This document shows positions 8,887 to 18,049 of a stretch of DNA of 64,000 bases, piece after piece. Source of the DNA: a virus; IMG/VR virus record IMGVR_UViG_3300032291_001597, positions 1 through 64,000 of that record. The stretch is one strand, 5' to 3'. Under the pieces are notes generated by a model, which saw nothing but the letters and a program-made list of their open reading frames with translations, did not search any database and had not been told where the DNA came from. The position numbers and the translations under genes were made by a program. The first letter of the stretch is position 1. Each line of letters starts with the position of its first letter.

Positions 8887-11511
8887 ATGGACTCTCCACA
8901 CCAACAAAAACTTAAAAAAGCATCCGCGTGGTACGCCCAAAAAGGCTGGAAAATACTTCCTTGCTATGGCATTAATGACTCTGGACGTTGTACCTGTAAT
9001 GGTCAGCACAGCGAGCCTAAAGACGTAGGTAAGCACCCCACTATTGGAGATTGGAACGTTCGCGCTACTGACGACGAACTAGTGGTCCACAACTGGTGGC
9101 AAAACTCTCCTGCCAATAACATCGGCGTTGTTTGTCAAAAAACTGGTTTTGTAGTTATCGATATTGACCCTCGTTCTGGAGGTATCGATTCTTGGGATAA
9201 ATTTTTAGAACTTCTTGAGCACGACTTGCCAGATACTGTCGAGGCATACACTGGCGTATATAGCCACAAGGGTAAGCAGGTAAGAGGTAGACACATATTT
9301 TTTAAGTGCTCTCCTGATGAAAAACTTTTAGGTAACTTGAAGGCCGCTGGGTTGTCTGGTATTGACATCAAGCACAACGGATACGTGATGCTTGCTCCCT
9401 CTCGTCACGGCTCTGGTGTCGACTATGAGTGGGCGGACGGTAAGGCTCCTTGGCAGATTGAAATGGCAGACGCCCCAGACAACCTACTAAACGTGTTGCG
9501 TAAGTCTGGGCGTAGGTCTTCCACTTCTTTGGGAGAAGGCGACTGGGGCTGGCTCGGTGACTTAGACTTCAAAGGTGACCGCGTAGACATCGCAAAGATG
9601 CTTGAAGAGGGTATCGATGAAGGCTCTCGCGCTATTGATATCTATAAGTTGGCTTGCGCTATCTCAAACAAGTTTGGTGTAGATACTCCAGAAAAGCGTC
9701 TAATGATTGAAACCATGATGATGCGTTTTAACTTTGAAAAAGTTCGTCCACCGATGGACCTTGAAGGTCCCAACTCGCTACTTATGCACACTCGTCGTGC
9801 GATGGATTTTGTTGCTGAAAATCCTGTGACTGAACTTATTTATCCTGGGCTACAAGAGTGGTCGGAAAGAAATAGAGCACAAGCCCAAGCCAGTGTTCAA
9901 AGAACTGACACCAGACCAAGAACATCTGACCCAGATGACGTGGAAGAGTCTGACTCTTCTTACTTGCCTGGAACTCTCGGTGGAGAAATGACCGAGGCTG
10001 CTCGTAGTGGTATGTCCATCTCAGAGGCTTTCAGTTCTGGAAATGTTGATGTTCCTAAGGACCCAGATGCTTTGACCGAAGCAGAGGGTGGAACTCCGGG
10101 CAAGCGTTCGCTATCTGATACTGGTAACGGCAGACGTCTTGTAGACACATTTGGTTCGTCTATTCGCTACACGCCTGGAATTGGTTGGTTTATTTGGGAC
10201 GGTCAGTATTGGCGTCCAGATGCTGAAGATTTAGGTATGCAAGAACTATGTAAAAAACTTGCTCCGATTATTGCTACTGAAGTTGTCCACTATGACGACC
10301 CAGATAAGCAAACTGAAGTTGTGAAGTGGTCTAGTCAGGCTAAATCAAACTCACGTCTAAAGTCTGCTATTGAGAGCGCCAACTCTGACGAACGTGTTGT
10401 TACGTCAGTAGAGCGCTGGGACGGTGACGAATACTTGCTGGGTGTGTCGAACGGTGTTGTTGACCTAAGGACTGGAGAACTACTAAAGGGACGCCCAGAC
10501 CTATTCATTACTAAGCGTGCTCCAGTTGGCTATACCCAAGGAATGAGAAATATCCGTTGGGAGCAGTTTGTGGATTACGCAACTGGTGGAGATAAAGAAC
10601 TTCAGGATTGGCTCCAGCGTGCTGCTGGATACACTCTTACTGGTCTAAATACCCAAGACGTTATGTTCTTGGTTTATGGTCCACCGGGTTCTGGTAAGAA
10701 CACATTTGTCGAGGCAATCGTCAAGGCTCTTGGGACTGCTCAGTATGCTTGGCCTTTGGACTCTAACATTCTTGCTGATGCTAACGGACAGTCTTCTTCC
10801 ACTGACCTATACCACTGGGCTGAGTTGCGTGGTCGTCGTATGGTTTGGGTTGACGAGTTGCCTGAGTCTGAGCGTCTAAAAGAGAACGCAGTGAAGAAGT
10901 TGACAGGTTCATCTGAAATTTCTGCTCGTTCTCCTGGTGAGAAGCCTTTTACATTCAAGGCTATGGCTAAGTTGTGGGTCACTACAAACCACCGACCTAT
11001 GATTACTGACGATGCTATGTGGCGTCGACTACGCCCAATTCCTTGGAGCAACGTGCCTGAGTCGCCAGACCCTGACCTAAAGGCATACTTGTTTGACCCA
11101 GAGGGCGCTCTGCCTGCTATTTTGTCTTGGGCAGTTGAAGGTGCCATCAAGTATCTTGGCTCTAGTGCTCGCGACCCGTTGGGTTGGTGTACTGCCGTGT
11201 CAGAAGCGTCTGACATTTACCGCAAGAACGAAGACCGCATTGGTATGTTCCTAAACGAAGAATCTAGAGAGAGCGAAGGCGCTCTTCTAAGAGTCAGGGA
11301 ACTGTATCAGATTTACCGCGCTTGGTCTGAAGACCGAGGTGAAAAGCCTATGACTCAGATTGCTTTCCAGCGCAAGTTGTCTGACCGAGGTATGGAGATA
11401 ATTGGGCAGGGAACGAACGCTGAAATTAAGGGCCGTATGCTGGTACCTAGGGCAGTTCCTCAGAGTTCTGATGTAAATTGGTCGCTTGTCACTCGCTTTA
11501 GTTCACTATAA
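8887..11511 (+). CDS. Bifunctional primase-polymerase fused to D5-like SF3 helicase
   Basis: Prim-pol KHP, NIG, VIDIDP, GRHIFF, GYVMLAPSRH; D5_N DTGNGRRL; Walker A GPPGSGKNT, WVDE, TTNHRP. Start uncertain (ORF open from 8809); 8887 chosen for the GGAGAGGG SD. Confidence 0.9.
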   Translation: MDSPHQQKLKKASAWYAQKGWKILPCYGINDSGRCTCNGQHSEPKDVGKHPTIGDWNVRATDDELVVHNWWQNSPANNIGVVCQKTGFVVIDIDPRSGGIDSWDKFLELLEHDLPDTVEAYTGVYSHKGKQVRGRHIFFKCSPDEKLLGNLKAAGLSGIDIKHNGYVMLAPSRHGSGVDYEWADGKAPWQIEMADAPDNLLNVLRKSGRRSSTSLGEGDWGWLGDLDFKGDRVDIAKMLEEGIDEGSRAIDIYKLACAISNKFGVDTPEKRLMIETMMMRFNFEKVRPPMDLEGPNSLLMHTRRAMDFVAENPVTELIYPGLQEWSERNRAQAQASVQRTDTRPRTSDPDDVEESDSSYLPGTLGGEMTEAARSGMSISEAFSSGNVDVPKDPDALTEAEGGTPGKRSLSDTGNGRRLVDTFGSSIRYTPGIGWFIWDGQYWRPDAEDLGMQELCKKLAPIIATEVVHYDDPDKQTEVVKWSSQAKSNSRLKSAIESANSDERVVTSVERWDGDEYLLGVSNGVVDLRTGELLKGRPDLFITKRAPVGYTQGMRNIRWEQFVDYATGGDKELQDWLQRAAGYTLTGLNTQDVMFLVYGPPGSGKNTFVEAIVKALGTAQYAWPLDSNILADANGQSSSTDLYHWAELRGRRMVWVDELPESERLKENAVKKLTGSSEISARSPGEKPFTFKAMAKLWVTTNHRPMITDDAMWRRLRPIPWSNVPESPDPDLKAYLFDPEGALPAILSWAVEGAIKYLGSSARDPLGWCTAVSEASDIYRKNEDRIGMFLNEESRESEGALLRVRELYQIYRAWSEDRGEKPMTQIAFQRKLSDRGMEIIGQGTNAEIKGRMLVPRAVPQSSDVNWSLVTRFSSL

Positions 11512-11530
11512 ATAGTGATAGATTAAAAGT

Positions 11531-11603
11531 GTGTTGCGGGAGAGCATCACATTATGGGGAGGGCTAAGTATTAGTTCATGGTTCTTAGTCCTCTCCTACA
11601 TAA
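11531..11603 (+). promoter_or_regulatory. Structured 5' leader: GGGAGA-loop hairpin plus long stem
   Basis: GTGTTGC-GGGAGA-GCATCAC, then GGGAGGGCTAAG/CTTAGTCCTCTC stem whose G.U pairs favour + strand folding. Confidence 0.4.
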
Positions 11604-11621
11604 AAAGAAAGAAGACATCTC

Positions 11622-12434
11622 GTGAAGATTTTTATTGCTACCCCTATGTATGGTGGAAACTGCAAGGGTATTTACACCGAAAGCCTAATCAACCTGATTG
11701 TTGCATTAGCAAATAAGGGGCACCAAACCGTTTACTCTAAGGTCTATAATGAAAGCCTTATAACTAGAGCACGCAATGCCTTGTCTTATGAGTTTGAAAA
11801 GACCGACTGTGACGCTCTTCTATTTATCGACGCTGACCACTGGTTCGATGCGGACCACGTTGTAAAAATGATTGAGTCTGGCGTAGACCTTATTGGTGCT
11901 ATCTATCCGATGAAAAACATCAACTGGGATATGGTGCGTAATGCTGCGCTGAAAGGTAAAGAAGACCTAAGTCTTTATAGCGGATTCTTTTCTGCTAACT
12001 TGCCTAAGGGACAAGTGACCATCCAACTTGACCAACCGCTAGAGGTTGTGAACGTTGCTACTGGAATGATGTTTATTCGTCGTAACGTGTTCGAGGCTAT
12101 GAAGCCACACTGCAAGACTTATGCCCACCACGGTAGCACTGGAGCAATTGATTTTAGCCAGCAAGTTACTGAATACTTTGCTACTGAAGTGGATGAAAGC
12201 GGTATTCTTCTTTCTGAAGATTACTATTTCTGCCGTAAATGGCAAGACTTAGGCAACAAGGTTTACGCAGCGCCTTGGGTAAACATTACTCACGCTGGAG
12301 ACTACAACTTCCCAGGTAACTTTGCTCAGACTGTTATTCTGCGCTCTCAGTTGGAGGCTTCTCCTGCTCCGCTAGAGCAAGTTGGTGTAGATTCCGAACC
12401 GTCGTCGGATACCACTGACGACCGTTCTGAGTAG
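11622..12434 (+). CDS. GT-A glycosyltransferase-like protein
   Basis: IATPMYGG, ESLITRARN, FIDAD (DxD), ATGMMFIRR, SEDYYFC, HAG. Confidence 0.75.
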   Translation: MKIFIATPMYGGNCKGIYTESLINLIVALANKGHQTVYSKVYNESLITRARNALSYEFEKTDCDALLFIDADHWFDADHVVKMIESGVDLIGAIYPMKNINWDMVRNAALKGKEDLSLYSGFFSANLPKGQVTIQLDQPLEVVNVATGMMFIRRNVFEAMKPHCKTYAHHGSTGAIDFSQQVTEYFATEVDESGILLSEDYYFCRKWQDLGNKVYAAPWVNITHAGDYNFPGNFAQTVILRSQLEASPAPLEQVGVDSEPSSDTTDDRSE

Positions 12435-13026
12435 GTTCCCCGCTCTTGTTTAGGGAATCAGCGATAGCCTGATAGGTCTTTCCTGAATCCCTAAGTGAAA
12501 TAATAAAGTCCTTCAATTCTTGAGGGGCTTTATTTTTTGGACCCATATCTACGCCCCAAACAATCCCGCGGTCGCGTCGGTCTTTGTGGACTTCCTTCTG
12601 GCGCGAAGCAATGATGCCACGCTCCATCTCCGCGAGCGCGGACATGATAGTAACCACGAATCGACCTTGATAAGTGGCGGTGTCTAGATTTAGGTCAAGC
12701 ATAATTAGACGCCAGCCGTTAGTATTTGCTCTATCTATGATGCTCAAAAAGTCCTTTGTAGAGCGTGCTAGGCGGTCTATGCGGGTCACAAAAAGAGCCT
12801 TGACTTCTCCGCTATCTAGTCTCTTTAGGGCTTCTGTGAGCGCAGGACGCCCCGAAATGGACTTACCTGAGCGACCCTCTTCCCTAACAAGTTCGATGCT
12901 GGTATATCCAGCCAACTCAGCGGCGTGCTGTAGTTGACGTTCTTGAACGTCTAGAGAAACGCCATCGTTTACTTGGAGTTGCGTGGACACGCGTGCGTAT
13001 AATAAAGCAATGCCTAGGTCTTCCAT
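12334..13026 (-). CDS. Serine recombinase (resolvase/invertase type) with C-terminal DNA-binding segment
   Basis: YARVST catalytic Ser, SGK-x3-GRP, DRLARS, ALAEMER; YQAIADSLN...W. Confidence 0.9.
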   Translation of the reverse strand: MEDLGIALLYARVSTQLQVNDGVSLDVQERQLQHAAELAGYTSIELVREEGRSGKSISGRPALTEALKRLDSGEVKALFVTRIDRLARSTKDFLSIIDRANTNGWRLIMLDLNLDTATYQGRFVVTIMSALAEMERGIIASRQKEVHKDRRDRGIVWGVDMGPKNKAPQELKDFIISLRDSGKTYQAIADSLNKSGEPTQNGRQWYPTTVRNLHQLALAEQEKPPTESAE

Positions 13027-14108
13027 TAGGCTCCAATGTATTCGTGAGAATAACTCCAGCGGTTCGGGTCAATGGACCATCTGGACTTTCCATCTAAGTT
13101 TAGCCCATCGGTTCTACGCATATGATTTTTGGAAGTCGGCTTCCAGAGAGGCGACTGGTCTCTGTATCCGCCTAAGCGTGGGTGGCTAGTCTTTGAGTAA
13201 TAACGTTTGCCGTTATTAATGTAATGTTGGGCAATCAATTCCGAAAGTTTTGGTCCCAGCCCGAATCCTTGATAGTCGGGGTGAATTACCAATCGGTGCT
13301 CTCGGTATGCTTCTTTCACTGTTCCAGAAGGATAAGCAATCGAAGCAACAAAACCTACTACTTCTCCATTCCAGAGTGCCAAGTAGCAGTGTGCCGATTT
13401 GTTGAGCGATTCGGAGAGATAGTGGTGCGAAGCGAAGTGGCTCCAAATTTGGTTTGAGCAAGGATGGACTTCAAGTACCATCTCTGGTCGATGAAGGTAC
13501 CTTCCCGAAGCCCACTCGCCTCTGTCGGTATCAATAATCCAATCTGGCTCCAAGTATTCAAGAATGTCTCGGTGGCAAGTCGCCAAAACTATACCTTCTA
13601 TTTCATTCTTTCTGACGTATCTAGCCATTGCGGTGGAAGCAGCCTTAGCGACGTTGCGGTCAATAACGGATGTGAATTCATCGATGCGGGCGCAGTTGTA
13701 TAGGGAGCGTGCTAGGTCTGCTCGAAACTGCTGTCCGTTTGATAAAACGTCATAAGGTTTTACCCATTCTGGGACCGACATCAAGCCAGCGGCAGACAGT
13801 TTTTCATTAGCATCAATTGGACCGTCAAAATGAGATGCGATTGACATTCCAAAGGTCCACTCTGGCTTCGGGGTTATTTCACCATCAAACTGAGCAAGCA
13901 GTTTAGATTTACCAGTGCCAGAAGCGCCAACAATTACGCCAATACCCCAAGAATCTGGCAGGTCTTCTGGCAGTAAATACGGGTAAAACTCCTCGGTCCC
14001 GTCTGAGTTGTAGTCAAAAGGCTTGATTAGTTCAGATGTGATTTCGTCCATGACCACCTTAGATGTGAGCGGGGTGGTGGAGCGTTTTAGTTTCTTCCAT
14101 TCCGTCAT
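13026..14108 (-). CDS. ABC-type ATPase fused to a GNAT acetyltransferase
   Basis: GASGTGKS, LSNGQQFR signature, IDEFTS, ATCH; C-terminal HHYL, RLVIHPDYQGFGLG acetyl-CoA motif. Confidence 0.8.
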   Translation of the reverse strand: MTEWKKLKRSTTPLTSKVVMDEITSELIKPFDYNSDGTEEFYPYLLPEDLPDSWGIGVIVGASGTGKSKLLAQFDGEITPKPEWTFGMSIASHFDGPIDANEKLSAAGLMSVPEWVKPYDVLSNGQQFRADLARSLYNCARIDEFTSVIDRNVAKAASTAMARYVRKNEIEGIVLATCHRDILEYLEPDWIIDTDRGEWASGRYLHRPEMVLEVHPCSNQIWSHFASHHYLSESLNKSAHCYLALWNGEVVGFVASIAYPSGTVKEAYREHRLVIHPDYQGFGLGPKLSELIAQHYINNGKRYYSKTSHPRLGGYRDQSPLWKPTSKNHMRRTDGLNLDGKSRWSIDPNRWSYSHEYIGA

Positions 14109-14169
14109 ATAAATAGCCTAGCATTCGGCGTGGGATAATTGTTTTAGATTACCCAGCGTTTAGGGAGAT

Positions 14170-14361
14170 ATGGCTAAAAGTGATGGAAACTCAAACCAGT
14201 GTGCGGTCTGTAAAGAAAGATTTGTGGTTAACTCTTTAGCCAGGTGTTGTGAAATGAAACACGATGGCGTGGTATTTGTTAGGCGAGAATCTCAGATGCC
14301 AAGAAAGCCTGCTCTTACGGTATTAGACGGAGAAAAAGAAAACGGCTCGGAGGCCGCTTAG
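14170..14361 (+). CDS. Small C2-CH metal-binding protein
   Basis: CAVC...CCEMKH; SD AGGGAG. Confidence 0.55.
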   Translation: MAKSDGNSNQCAVCKERFVVNSLARCCEMKHDGVVFVRRESQMPRKPALTVLDGEKENGSEAA

Positions 14362-14573
14362 TTTTTATCTAATTTGTTCCAAATTCTTTCGTGCCAGTAG
14401 TAGACAACTAGTTTTACTATAATTTCTACGCTAACTATCTGAGCCGCGGTTTCAAATTTTCCTGTAAACAAAAGGGCAATAAAAAAAGTATTTATGCTTT
14501 GCCAGAGTCGATATGTGAAAGCCTTGACAACAGAGCGGGTGTTGGAGTTTCGGTCTTTAAGTTTTTCTAACAA
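14358..14573 (-). CDS. DUF2061-family membrane protein
   Basis: RSVVKAFTYR...YYWHERIW. Confidence 0.75.
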   Translation of the reverse strand: MLEKLKDRNSNTRSVVKAFTYRLWQSINTFFIALLFTGKFETAAQIVSVEIIVKLVVYYWHERIWNKLDKN

Positions 14574-15332
14574 TTAGATTCCCAGTGCCTTGCGTTTTTG
14601 AGTAGCGGAAATTTGTTGTAGTTCTGGGCTTAGTTCTACTTTTTCAATCTTGTAGCCAACATCTCTACCATAAATAATGTTTGTAATGTTGGGCAGTCTT
14701 AGGACTAGAGTCCCCACTCGTTCCTTGCTATTCTCACGTATATATCCGACAACTTCTTCGTAAGTGAGCGGGTCTTTTTCCGAAGTTCCGTGGGTATCGC
14801 GGATTCCAACCAATACTTGAGCAGTTCTTTTATGCGCTTCATCTTTTAGTGCCTCGTGTCCCTCGTGCCAAGGTTGGTACCTACCAAGCATTAGAGTAGT
14901 GGGCTTTTTCCAATCAAGCAGTTGTGCCACGCTCATAACCACTGATACGGAAGACTCTAGTGGTATTCCTTCTACAATACGAGCATCTACTTCCTCTGGG
15001 TCTTCCCAGATTGAATTAGTGTCTTCGAATCTACTCTGCTGAATTCGGTCTACCCAAATCGATACGTCCGCGGTTCCAAATGCTTCTCTAGTCTGAGAAG
15101 TGGGGTTTACAAAATCCACAATTACAGTCTGTCCTTGACTAGATAAAAGTCTCGCTATCGCTCCTAGGCGGCGAGCATTTTCTATTCTGTCTTCTATGGA
15201 GAATCCTAAATCGGAGTTTAGTTCTGCTCTAACCTCGTCGGCGTTGAGGTGTATCGCTGGGGTTCTCTCTAATAGTGCTTTGGCTAAAGTAGTTTTTCCG
15301 CTACCAGGCAATCCAAAAATCAAAATAATCAT
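14574..15332 (-). CDS. cysC: Adenylyl-sulfate (APS) kinase fused to an HxGH nucleotidyltransferase domain
   Basis: GLPGSGKTT, NADEVR, DLGFSIEDRIENARR; C-terminal GRYQPWHEGH...YGRDVGY...ISAT. Start placed at ATG 15332 (ORF open from 15365). Confidence 0.8.
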   Translation of the reverse strand: MIILIFGLPGSGKTTLAKALLERTPAIHLNADEVRAELNSDLGFSIEDRIENARRLGAIARLLSSQGQTVIVDFVNPTSQTREAFGTADVSIWVDRIQQSRFEDTNSIWEDPEEVDARIVEGIPLESSVSVVMSVAQLLDWKKPTTLMLGRYQPWHEGHEALKDEAHKRTAQVLVGIRDTHGTSEKDPLTYEEVVGYIRENSKERVGTLVLRLPNITNIIYGRDVGYKIEKVELSPELQQISATQKRKALGI

Positions 15333-15334
15333 TA

Positions 15335-15931
15335 CTAAATTATATCTTTCCAGAAGGCTGGGCACATGTATTTGTTGCCAGAAATGATTTCTCTAGATTC
15401 GTGATAGAACGGTGCGACTGATGGGAAAATTACTATGCTCCCAGCCTCTGGTTTTATGGTCACACCTTGCTCTTTGAAGTGCAGTTCACCGCCCTCGTAT
15501 TCATCGTTCAAGTAAAGAACCGCCGACATAATTGGCTTAACTTTTGGGTTAGTTCCATAGTCGTCGACGTGTGGTCCCATTCCAGCGCCTTTTATATATT
15601 TAGAGATACTTAGCGGACTAGGCTTGGCAATGCTTAGATTATTTTTTCTGGCGTAATCGTTACCTACAAAAAGTAGTGACGTATAAAAAATGTCGTAAAT
15701 AAGTTTGGCGTCTACAGTAGAAAACTCATACATCTCTGGTTTACTACTAATCTTCGAGCCAAACTGAAAGTCTTTATCGTCCGAAGCAGTCCAAGGCTCC
15801 CATTGGGTAAGCACGTTTCCATCACCTAAAGTTGGCTGAATTTCTTCCAGTAGGTCTACTAATTCTTTACAGTTTGCTACTACATTCTTATAGTAAAAAA
15901 TCTTGTCTGCAAATATTTCTAAATTAGTCAT
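15335..15931 (-). CDS. 2OG-Fe(II) oxygenase (prolyl-4-hydroxylase-like)
   Basis: HVD, YLNDEYEGGEL, HES, KY. Confidence 0.85.
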   Translation of the reverse strand: MTNLEIFADKIFYYKNVVANCKELVDLLEEIQPTLGDGNVLTQWEPWTASDDKDFQFGSKISSKPEMYEFSTVDAKLIYDIFYTSLLFVGNDYARKNNLSIAKPSPLSISKYIKGAGMGPHVDDYGTNPKVKPIMSAVLYLNDEYEGGELHFKEQGVTIKPEAGSIVIFPSVAPFYHESREIISGNKYMCPAFWKDII

Positions 15932-15938
15932 TTACGCC

Positions 15939-17381
15939 TTAGAAATTAGTCTTACTGTATACGTAATAGTCGAACTCAAAGTAATTCCTTAGTAGTTCTA
16001 ACTGCTCTTCGGTCAAAGAATCGTAAAGGTTCTTAGAGTATTTGTTAGTGAAAACTTCTCTAGGGTTTTCTTTTAGGCTCTCAAAGTAGCGATTTTCGTT
16101 GTCTATACCAACTAAATCCAACTGTTTGCTGTCGCTACCCAAATAGTTGTGTAATTCTCTTCTAAGAATGTGGAACTTTTCTTTTGAGAACTCCTCTAAT
16201 TTTATTACTTTATTAAATTTAGAAAGTTGCTCGTCAATTTCTTCTTTTGATTTATAGTACTCTTCGTCAGAGTCTACAAACTTATTTATGTTATCGAAGC
16301 CGTCTTCGAACAGACTTATGGTCATAAATTTGCCAAAGTTCTTGCGAGACATAAAATAGTCCCACATTTTGTCAAACGTCAATAAGGACATATCAATATT
16401 GTCTTCTGAATTAAGTAGACCAGTCGAAGTCAGACAAACTCCGTGACAGTACTGACTTACTGCGCGGGCTATCGGGTCCCTAAGTGTAGTAAATACATAA
16501 GTATTTTTTGTGATTCTTTCGGAACTAAATCCAAAATGTTCTACTTTATTAGGAATCTTTTTGTAGCCAACCATGTAACTTTCTACTATATGGTCGGAAT
16601 GGGTGAGTCTTTGAATAAGTTCTCTGCCGCCAGTTTTTTGGATGTGGAGAAAGTAAATTCTTTTATTGCCAGAGGTGGAATCTTCGATTGACAATCTTCT
16701 CTGCTCTTCTATCAGAGATGAGCGTTCTTTTCTTAACTCTCTTTGTTGTTTTTCCTCTGCCTGCTCTTGTCTTACTTTCTTGATTTCCTCTTCCCACTCC
16801 GCTTTTCTTTCTTCTGAATACTCTGCGTCTGCGTAGTCCCAAAATGACACCATTGTATATCTAGTGCCTTCAGTGATGTGGGTTACTCCATGGATGTTTT
16901 CGTGTCCGCCTGGAAAAGTAATAAACATTCCTGCTTCTGGCTTGATAGTTATCTCGTGGTGCGGGAAGTATAGTTCTCCACCTTCGTAATTATCATTCAA
17001 ATAAAGAATTCCTACGTACTTATTTATCTCAAAAGCGTTTGGATTTCCATCAAAGTCTGAGTTATCAGAGTGCGGATTAGCGAAAGCGCCTACTTCCCAT
17101 TTTTGAGCGTGAGAAGTATTTGGTCTAACTGCTCTACCGTGAGACTCTGCCACCGCCGATTGGTATTTATCTCTTAGCGTTCCGAAATAGTCTGCTTCTA
17201 GGCCGTAGTTTGTAGCAGAGTTGTCACTACCCGGAATTCCCATTCCGTAAGACTCGAAGAACGCAACGTCATTCCAAAGATGTCCCATTGACTCAAAGTA
17301 GTCAATTATTTTTTGTAGGTCGCCTTGAGGCACAAAATTTTTGTAGCCGATGATGTCGTGTTTGTATACTACGGTTTCCAT
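15939..17381 (-). CDS. 2OG-Fe(II) oxygenase fused to a sulfotransferase (family 2-like)
   Basis: N-terminal HSD, YLNDNYEGGEL, HGV, RYT; charged linker; C-terminal YFLHIQKTGG (5'-PAPS loop), LRDPIARAVSQY (3'-PAPS), DYYVY. Confidence 0.85.
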   Translation of the reverse strand: METVVYKHDIIGYKNFVPQGDLQKIIDYFESMGHLWNDVAFFESYGMGIPGSDNSATNYGLEADYFGTLRDKYQSAVAESHGRAVRPNTSHAQKWEVGAFANPHSDNSDFDGNPNAFEINKYVGILYLNDNYEGGELYFPHHEITIKPEAGMFITFPGGHENIHGVTHITEGTRYTMVSFWDYADAEYSEERKAEWEEEIKKVRQEQAEEKQQRELRKERSSLIEEQRRLSIEDSTSGNKRIYFLHIQKTGGRELIQRLTHSDHIVESYMVGYKKIPNKVEHFGFSSERITKNTYVFTTLRDPIARAVSQYCHGVCLTSTGLLNSEDNIDMSLLTFDKMWDYFMSRKNFGKFMTISLFEDGFDNINKFVDSDEEYYKSKEEIDEQLSKFNKVIKLEEFSKEKFHILRRELHNYLGSDSKQLDLVGIDNENRYFESLKENPREVFTNKYSKNLYDSLTEEQLELLRNYFEFDYYVYSKTNF

Positions 17382-18049
17382 TATTCTCCAGTGTGCTTAG
17401 TAATGTTCCAGAAAAACGGGCAGGTATATCTGATGCCAGACTCTATTTTTGTTACTCCGTGAACGTAATTCATATCGCCTGGAAAAAAGTATGCGGCTCG
17501 TGGCTTGGGCTTGATAGTTATGCCTTGTAGCGGAAAGTAAAGTTCACCGCCGACATAGTCATCGTTGATGTAAAAAAGACTGGCTAAATCATAATAAGGA
17601 AAGTCGTTAGGTTTGCCTCTATGCTCGCCTTCGTGTAGTTCTTTATCTGCGTGCGGGTGTTGGTATTGACCTGGCAACCATCTAACCATCGCTGGGCTAG
17701 TTGGATTTGCCTCTACCTTAAAGAAGTCTTGGATTATTGGTCTTAATCTGTTTACTAAGTTTTGAATAATCACTGGAATTTCTGGGTTTGCTTCTTCTAG
17801 GGTTCTACCAGTTGCTACCCTGTCTTTCCAATACTCTGACTCATAGATAACTACACCTTCATCGTTGTAGTGGGTCTCCGTAACATCCCAGTGGGTGTTA
17901 GTTCTAATGAAACTATCTAAAACTTGATGCTCTTCTTCAGTCATAAAGTTTTCCAACTCTACGATGTTGTCTTTAGAGTCACCAAAAAACCCAGACGGAG
18001 TAATAGAGATTGGCTTTTCTGGTTCGTAGTTTCTTGTGTTGTTATCCAT
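17381..18049 (-). CDS. 2OG-Fe(II) oxygenase (prolyl-4-hydroxylase-like)
   Basis: HAD, YINDDYVGGEL, HGV, RYT. Confidence 0.85.
   Translation of the reverse strand: MDNNTRNYEPEKPISITPSGFFGDSKDNIVELENFMTEEEHQVLDSFIRTNTHWDVTETHYNDEGVVIYESEYWKDRVATGRTLEEANPEIPVIIQNLVNRLRPIIQDFFKVEANPTSPAMVRWLPGQYQHPHADKELHEGEHRGKPNDFPYYDLASLFYINDDYVGGELYFPLQGITIKPKPRAAYFFPGDMNYVHGVTKIESGIRYTCPFFWNITKHTGE

Noticed and set aside
12334-13026. Integrase implying a temperate phage or prophage boundary
   Set aside because: At 230 aa it lacks the large recombinase and zinc-ribbon domains of serine integrases, and no att site or host genes are visible
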